A stretch of DNA of 64,000 nucleotides, taken from Spirochaetia bacterium. Lineage in GTDB: Bacteria > Spirochaetota > Spirochaetia > DSM-16054 > Sediminispirochaetaceae. The notes below the pieces were generated by a model. That model saw nothing but the letters and a program-made list of their open reading frames with translations, ran no database searches and was not told where the DNA came from. This document shows, one piece after another, positions 58,681-64,000 of this stretch. The position numbers were made by a program, and so were the translations under genes. The DNA is taken from positions 128,001 to 192,000 of the forward strand of contig JAXHMY010000003.1 in NCBI GenBank assembly GCA_034520965.1. The letters run 5' to 3'. The stretch's first letter is position 1; every line of letters begins with the position of its first letter.

Positions 58681-60585
58681 ATGCAAGGTCTTGATACTAT
58701 CCCTAAAAGAATACGCTCGACCGTCGGTCGCCATCCTGGTTTAACCGCACTTATGTACAAGGACTCCCAAGGGGAGTTCATCTCGATTACCTATAAAGAA
58801 TTCTACGAACAGATTAAACGCTTTGCCGCAGGCCTTAACTCGCTGGGAATTTCCCGAGGTGACCATGTAGGCATTATTTCGGATAACCGCAAAGAGTGGA
58901 TAATCACCGATTTAGCACTTTTGGGCATTGGGGCGATAGATGTTCCCCGAGGTTCCGACTCCATGGCAGAAGAGGTTGGTTATATTTTAGGACATGCCGA
59001 GTGTTCAGTCGCCTTTGCTGAAAACAGCGATCAAGCCGAAAAAATTCTGTCGAAGAAAGAGAACCTACCCAATCTGCACACCTTAATCCTGTTCGACGAT
59101 TCGAAACCAGTCAGCTCTCCCCATAAGGATACGGTAAAGTTTCTCTCTTTCGAGGATATACTCGCGGCGGGGGAAGAAGTATTCCAAAATGATAACGATT
59201 TTTACGATCGTGAGGTTGATAAAGGCGGCAGTGATGACCTGGCTACCCTTATTTACACTTCCGGCACCACCGGCGAGCCGAAGGGGGTTATGCTCAACCA
59301 CCGGAGCTTTACTTTCCAGATTGAACGAATCTACGAACACCTGAATATCCAGCCAGGACATACATTCCTCAGTGTCCTGCCGATTTGGCACTCCTTTGAA
59401 CGGGCAGTTGAATATATTGTGTTGAACATTGGAGCCGCAATTGCCTATTCAAAACCTATCGGCTCGGTAATGCTGCCGGATATGCAGAAGGTTCAGCCCC
59501 ACTGGCTGACTTCTGTACCGCGTATTTGGGAAGGCATCCGCAGCGCCATTTTTCGGAGTATGAAAAAAGAGGGTGGATTTAAGCTGGTAATGTTCGATTT
59601 TTTCGTTGCCACAGGTGAGATGTACGCAACTTTTTTCAACATGTTCACCGGTCGCCTACCCGATTTCATCCCGCGCTACCATATATTCGACAAGGTAATT
59701 GCAATAATACCACTTTTATTGCTGGCACCCTTCAAACTACTTGGATATCTGCTGGTATTTCGTAAAATACAGGCAAAACTGGGCCCTCGTTTTATCGCCG
59801 GTATCTCCGGTGGAGGAGCCCTGCCCACACATGTGGACCGCTTTTTCTACGGAGCGGGGATACGCCTGCTCGAGGGCTACGGATTAACCGAAACCGGACC
59901 TGTTCTGGCGGTGCGAAAACAAACACGACCGGTATTCGGCACTGTGGGTCCGCTGTTGAAAGATATTGAACACCGGGTAATAGACCAGGATGGAGTGATT
60001 CTTCCGGAGGGGCGCAAGGGAACTCTGTATGTAAATAGTGAACAGATCATGCAGGGTTATTATAAACAGCCGGAAAAAACCAAGGAGGTTTTGCAAGACG
60101 GCTGGCTCAATACGGGGGATATTGCAATTTTCAGCCATACCGGGGACTTCAAAATTCTCGGCCGCTCAAAGGAGACCATCGTTCTGCTTGGCGGAGAGAA
60201 TATAGAACCGGTTCCGATAGAGGATAAGCTCAACGCTTCGGAGGCAATTCAACAGGCAATGGTAGTTGGACAAGATCAGAAGTTTCTTGCCGCACTGATA
60301 GTACCCGAAATGTCTAAATTAGAAGAGTTCGCCCAAGAAAACGGCATTACCTATGTTGAAAGCGATGAGTTGCTCAGCAATCCTGAAATTCAGGAGTATA
60401 TACACAACGAAATTCAGGACCAGGTCAACACCAAAAGCGGTTTTCGCCATTTTGAATGCATATTCCGCTTTAAGCTCCTGCCCCAGCCGTTTGAGGTTGG
60501 AAATGAGCTAACCCATACACTGAAAATCCGGCGTGAGGTAGTGTACCACAAGCACCACCACGAGATTGACTCGCTGTTCAAGTAG
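58681..60585 (+). CDS. fadD: Long-chain fatty acid--CoA ligase
   Basis: IYTSGTTGEPKGV, GYGLTET, GWLNTGD, GRSKE, TLKIRR. Confidence 0.92.
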   Translation: MQGLDTIPKRIRSTVGRHPGLTALMYKDSQGEFISITYKEFYEQIKRFAAGLNSLGISRGDHVGIISDNRKEWIITDLALLGIGAIDVPRGSDSMAEEVGYILGHAECSVAFAENSDQAEKILSKKENLPNLHTLILFDDSKPVSSPHKDTVKFLSFEDILAAGEEVFQNDNDFYDREVDKGGSDDLATLIYTSGTTGEPKGVMLNHRSFTFQIERIYEHLNIQPGHTFLSVLPIWHSFERAVEYIVLNIGAAIAYSKPIGSVMLPDMQKVQPHWLTSVPRIWEGIRSAIFRSMKKEGGFKLVMFDFFVATGEMYATFFNMFTGRLPDFIPRYHIFDKVIAIIPLLLLAPFKLLGYLLVFRKIQAKLGPRFIAGISGGGALPTHVDRFFYGAGIRLLEGYGLTETGPVLAVRKQTRPVFGTVGPLLKDIEHRVIDQDGVILPEGRKGTLYVNSEQIMQGYYKQPEKTKEVLQDGWLNTGDIAIFSHTGDFKILGRSKETIVLLGGENIEPVPIEDKLNASEAIQQAMVVGQDQKFLAALIVPEMSKLEEFAQENGITYVESDELLSNPEIQEYIHNEIQDQVNTKSGFRHFECIFRFKLLPQPFEVGNELTHTLKIRREVVYHKHHHEIDSLFK

Positions 60586-60589
60586 GGTT

Positions 60590-60961
60590 TTAGAGTAAGA
60601 GCACCACTATTACTGCTGCAGCTGCAGTTCCTACCATAAATACAAGCAGGAGGGGCAGCCACAGCGACGATTTTTCAACCGTCTTTTTTTTATCACCGGA
60701 GTTGCTCTCTAAGCCTTCGGCATTCAAAAGCTCATAGGAATCGTTGGCAGCCGCCTTGAATCCGCACTGCGGACAGCCGTTTACAAACTGACGGGCCTTA
60801 CCGTTAAACCCACAGCGAGGGCATCGTACTCCGTAAAAGGGCATTCCGCAGTGGGGACACTCATCTTCATTGGCGCCAACCTCGCGACCGCAGGTCTCGC
60901 AGTAAAAGGTCGGCTCTTCTACTTTTTTCTTTTGAAAGCTTTTTCCAGTTCTCCTGTTCAT
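60590..60961 (-). CDS. Double zinc-ribbon protein with C-terminal TM helix
   Basis: Four CxxC pairs; ATGA overlap with the upstream gene. Confidence 0.8.
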   Translation of the reverse strand: MNRRTGKSFQKKKVEEPTFYCETCGREVGANEDECPHCGMPFYGVRCPRCGFNGKARQFVNGCPQCGFKAAANDSYELLNAEGLESNSGDKKKTVEKSSLWLPLLLVFMVGTAAAAVIVVLLL

Positions 60962-63900
60962 TTTTTTTCAACACCCAACACCGTTAAATCATCATACTGC
61001 TGATCTTCTTTAATATGGGAGAAACGAACATACTCTTCCTGGTCGGTCTGCCCTTCAATCGGATGGTGAAAGTAGCTATCGTACTGCAGAAAATGCTCCT
61101 TCAAAAACTCATCAATTTTTCTATCCACAACTACTACATCATTCGCCCCGGCAGAAGGATCCGGATACATGCGAAATACCTTCTCAACCGATACCATTGC
61201 AATCACCACCTCCTGAATAGTTCCTTTACAGCTGGAAAAGTCAAAGGTTAACTCTTCGTTCGGATACGGATTATGGTACTTAAACAGCTGGTAAGTGCGG
61301 CGGTGCATCAACAAGTTTACCATATCATATAACCGGCCTAAACTCAGTTCTTCATTGTCCATGCCCACCGAATGGGTCCCGTGTTCCTGCCCATCCTCAA
61401 GCCCCGGTTCATTGCAGACAATAGGTTCGAAGTTTTCATTACGAAACTTTCTCTGTGCCTCTTCCAGACCATCCGTAAACAGCAGGAGCATATCACCTGT
61501 CTTCATCATATGGGGTATACTCTTGAATCCGGATTGCATCTCAACCAGATCGTTTGGAAAGACCCCCGATGCGGGAGCTTCGGGCAGGGTCTTCGCTTCC
61601 ATCGCATGCTTTTCACTATTAAAAATATGCACCAAGTTATCCCCGGCATTGCACATAACCGTCTTCCCATTACGTGCATCAAACAAAACTACAATTAGTG
61701 CAGCAAAACGGCCTTTAAAACCACGCTCCTGCACCAATCGATTAATTGCGTACACCAGCTCTTTCAGGTTAGGGTCTTCCTCCGAACGCTTAACGCTTTT
61801 GCCGGCGGCAATTCTATCTTTTCGATTCTGCAGACTTAACCATTCATTAAAGAAGTTTCGGAAGATGGTTGCAACCTCTACCATAATCAACGAAGCTGCA
61901 ACTCCCTTTCCGGCCACATCGCACTTCACAATCGCATATTTACCCGGCGTTAATTCCATATAATCGAAATAGTCGCCCGACACGCCCTTTGCACCCTCGT
62001 AATAGCCGAAGAAATCGGCCTGTTCAGTCTGCAAATCGGCAGTGGTAAGTTTTCGTCCGCGCTTGTCCTCCTCCAGGGGAATAAACATTTTCTGAATTTC
62101 TTTACCAATAATCAAATCTTTATTTGCTATTGCCGCATTTACCAGACCCTTGGTCATATCATTGACTGTTTCGGCTAGAGTAGCAATTTCGTCCCTGGTT
62201 TTTATCTCTATCTCATGACCCTCCAACTTTTCCTTGTCCTCGGTATCTCTAATACGCGCGACACCCTTTACCAGCCTGCGAATCGGAATAATGATAATGG
62301 TAGCAAGCACTAAAGCTCCGAGTATGCCGAGGCCGATTGCAATGAAGGCAATGAGAGCGGTCTGACGAATCAGAGTCTCACGGGAGGCACGTATCTCCTC
62401 GATTATTCTTACGGTTGAGATACCCAACCTCACCATCCCATGATAATACACCCCCTCTCGATCAGAGTCCTGATACACGATCGGACGGTAAAAGGTGTAA
62501 TCCGTCGGACCGGATAAAACATTCTCGGCATTAAAGTCCGGGAGGCTGCCCATCCGATTTCCTAGGTTGCTCAACTCTTCCTCAATCCGAGTATTAATTT
62601 GGCTAATCTGGTCCTGCAGCTCCGTCAACAGCTGAGCAGTATCCTGATCGTTGCTCTCTACCAACCTCTGCGCAGCTGTTCGGGCTTCCTGCTGCAGCTC
62701 TTCCAAACGTTTCACGAGTTTCCCTACTTGTTCCTCAGCTTCCCGATTAATCTCCTGCTTGAGTTCCGGAATAACAGTGCTCACCCGATCGTCCACTTTG
62801 ATGGTACCCCTTTCATAAGTAAACTCTCCAGCCCGGACTAAATCTTCATCTTCAGGAGCAACTACTTTTTCTTCAATCTCCGGATCGTTGGTTGCCCACA
62901 GATAATCATAAAAATCGTTCTCGAGCTGGTTCGCCGAGCTGAGACGGGGTCCGGTGATGGTTACAAAGCGTGCATCTTCAGCCGCCCTCATCTGCCGAGG
63001 TAAGCGTCCCAGCTCGATGGTGCTCTCTTCCGGCAGAAATTTCTCTGCCCCGGCGTTAATACTTTCGATCAAAACCCGAGTATTCTCCTGCAAACCGGCG
63101 GTAAGGTTCCGCTGCTGGGTTTTAATCATGTAGTTGCTCAGGGGCAAGGCCACCATCAACACAATAATCAGCACTAAGAAAGTAGTCAGAAGAACAAATT
63201 TTATTCTTAATCCCATTCCGCGTTTTTTCATAGTAGCCAGTTTCTCCTTCTTCTTTTCGTAGGAAAGTTGGCGATTCTCAAGCAGGGCCTGTACTTCACC
63301 CCGCAGGTAGGCTCCTTCTTTGGCAAGAGTAGTCAGCTTCCATAGGGCAAACACCAGCATAGCGGCCAGTAGAATCATAATTAACACAACAGGCAATTCG
63401 CTGCCGTAAATAGCTATTTGTCGAAACGCCTTTAGGGCCGGCCGTTCGGCGGCTATCAAAGTAAAATCGCCAAACTTTACCGCACCGGTAGTCTCAAACT
63501 GCAAGGTATACCGGGTAAAGTAGGTTCCCCGCTCCGGATGTACTAATCCTACTCGGTACTCCCCTTTATCAATATTTTCAACTGAGGGGCCGTCAATTAC
63601 TCGGTCATTTCTCACCGAATAAAGACCTGTTTCCTGTTCATACACATAATCGTAGGGAGGCTCACCATCACGGTCGAGCATTACCTGCTGTATCTCGCCG
63701 CCGACCGAAAAACCGCGACCGATAATCTGTAAGTCATAACGGTTCAACTGGTCTTGTGCTACCTCTATTCGGGTGATGTACGTGACCGGAATATACTTAT
63801 TCAACTGAAAATACACGGTTTTTGCTGGTCCCCGGTTGCCGACAGTATCTACCGGGGCAACGGTCAAGGCCCAGGTGCCGTTATCGAGGTTGTAAAAAGT

Positions 63901-64000
63901 ATATTCGGGGCTGCGGGTACGTACTCCCGCAGGGGGAGCATTTATAGAGAAATCACTCATCTCCCCTTGGTAACTGGGTCCGGTAAGGTACTGCAGTCGA
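60958..64000 (-). CDS. Large multi-TM HAMP + SpoIIE/PP2C phosphatase, 5' end outside window
   Basis: GDYFD, DVAGKG, FTDG, DDLT; HAMP (RDEIATLAETVNDMT); frame stays open from 63960 to the window edge. Confidence 0.88.
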   Translation of the reverse strand, partial: RLQYLTGPSYQGEMSDFSINAPPAGVRTRSPEYTFYNLDNGTWALTVAPVDTVGNRGPAKTVYFQLNKYIPVTYITRIEVAQDQLNRYDLQIIGRGFSVGGEIQQVMLDRDGEPPYDYVYEQETGLYSVRNDRVIDGPSVENIDKGEYRVGLVHPERGTYFTRYTLQFETTGAVKFGDFTLIAAERPALKAFRQIAIYGSELPVVLIMILLAAMLVFALWKLTTLAKEGAYLRGEVQALLENRQLSYEKKKEKLATMKKRGMGLRIKFVLLTTFLVLIIVLMVALPLSNYMIKTQQRNLTAGLQENTRVLIESINAGAEKFLPEESTIELGRLPRQMRAAEDARFVTITGPRLSSANQLENDFYDYLWATNDPEIEEKVVAPEDEDLVRAGEFTYERGTIKVDDRVSTVIPELKQEINREAEEQVGKLVKRLEELQQEARTAAQRLVESNDQDTAQLLTELQDQISQINTRIEEELSNLGNRMGSLPDFNAENVLSGPTDYTFYRPIVYQDSDREGVYYHGMVRLGISTVRIIEEIRASRETLIRQTALIAFIAIGLGILGALVLATIIIIPIRRLVKGVARIRDTEDKEKLEGHEIEIKTRDEIATLAETVNDMTKGLVNAAIANKDLIIGKEIQKMFIPLEEDKRGRKLTTADLQTEQADFFGYYEGAKGVSGDYFDYMELTPGKYAIVKCDVAGKGVAASLIMVEVATIFRNFFNEWLSLQNRKDRIAAGKSVKRSEEDPNLKELVYAINRLVQERGFKGRFAALIVVLFDARNGKTVMCNAGDNLVHIFNSEKHAMEAKTLPEAPASGVFPNDLVEMQSGFKSIPHMMKTGDMLLLFTDGLEEAQRKFRNENFEPIVCNEPGLEDGQEHGTHSVGMDNEELSLGRLYDMVNLLMHRRTYQLFKYHNPYPNEELTFDFSSCKGTIQEVVIAMVSVEKVFRMYPDPSAGANDVVVVDRKIDEFLKEHFLQYDSYFHHPIEGQTDQEEYVRFSHIKEDQQYDDLTVLGVEKK

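Overview
A gene-dense, mostly core-genome window from a spirochaete, probably a free-living anaerobic Spirochaetales member. That assignment is inferred from FabV, the long-form Upp, spirochaete-style HEAT/TPR/SpoIIE proteins and a PilZ flagellar-brake protein. Contents in order: a DUF1998 helicase + DEDD exonuclease (MrfAB-like) pair; nucleoside/B6 salvage genes; trpS; a divergent accBCDA / fabH-D-G-F-Z-V fatty-acid synthesis cluster; a class III cyclase facing a MinD/FlhG-like ATPase; rex, putP, two sigma-54-driven hsp20 genes, adk, upp; tRNA-Lys and tRNA-Glu; a tandemly duplicated lipoprotein + TraF/PorV/FadL-like beta-barrel module; mtaB, tyrA, pta, rsmA, comEC, tlpA-dsbD, fadD; and a large SpoIIE-type phosphatase cut by the window end. 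There is no CRISPR, prophage or transposase. Most notable: (1) the duplicated lipoprotein/beta-barrel pairs with compositionally distinct lipoprotein C-termini, a candidate undescribed surface-lipoprotein export/display system; (2) a ~120-140 bp palindromic MITE family with terminal inverted repeats and 9-bp target-site duplications; (3) a shared 21-bp operator over the -35 boxes of the accB and fabD promoters; (4) a non-canonical cyclase/ATPase pair; (5) a small basic Zn-ribbon protein followed by a group IIC intron 5' remnant. Several housekeeping genes carry single indels that look like assembly errors. All calls are from reading the sequence; no searches were run.
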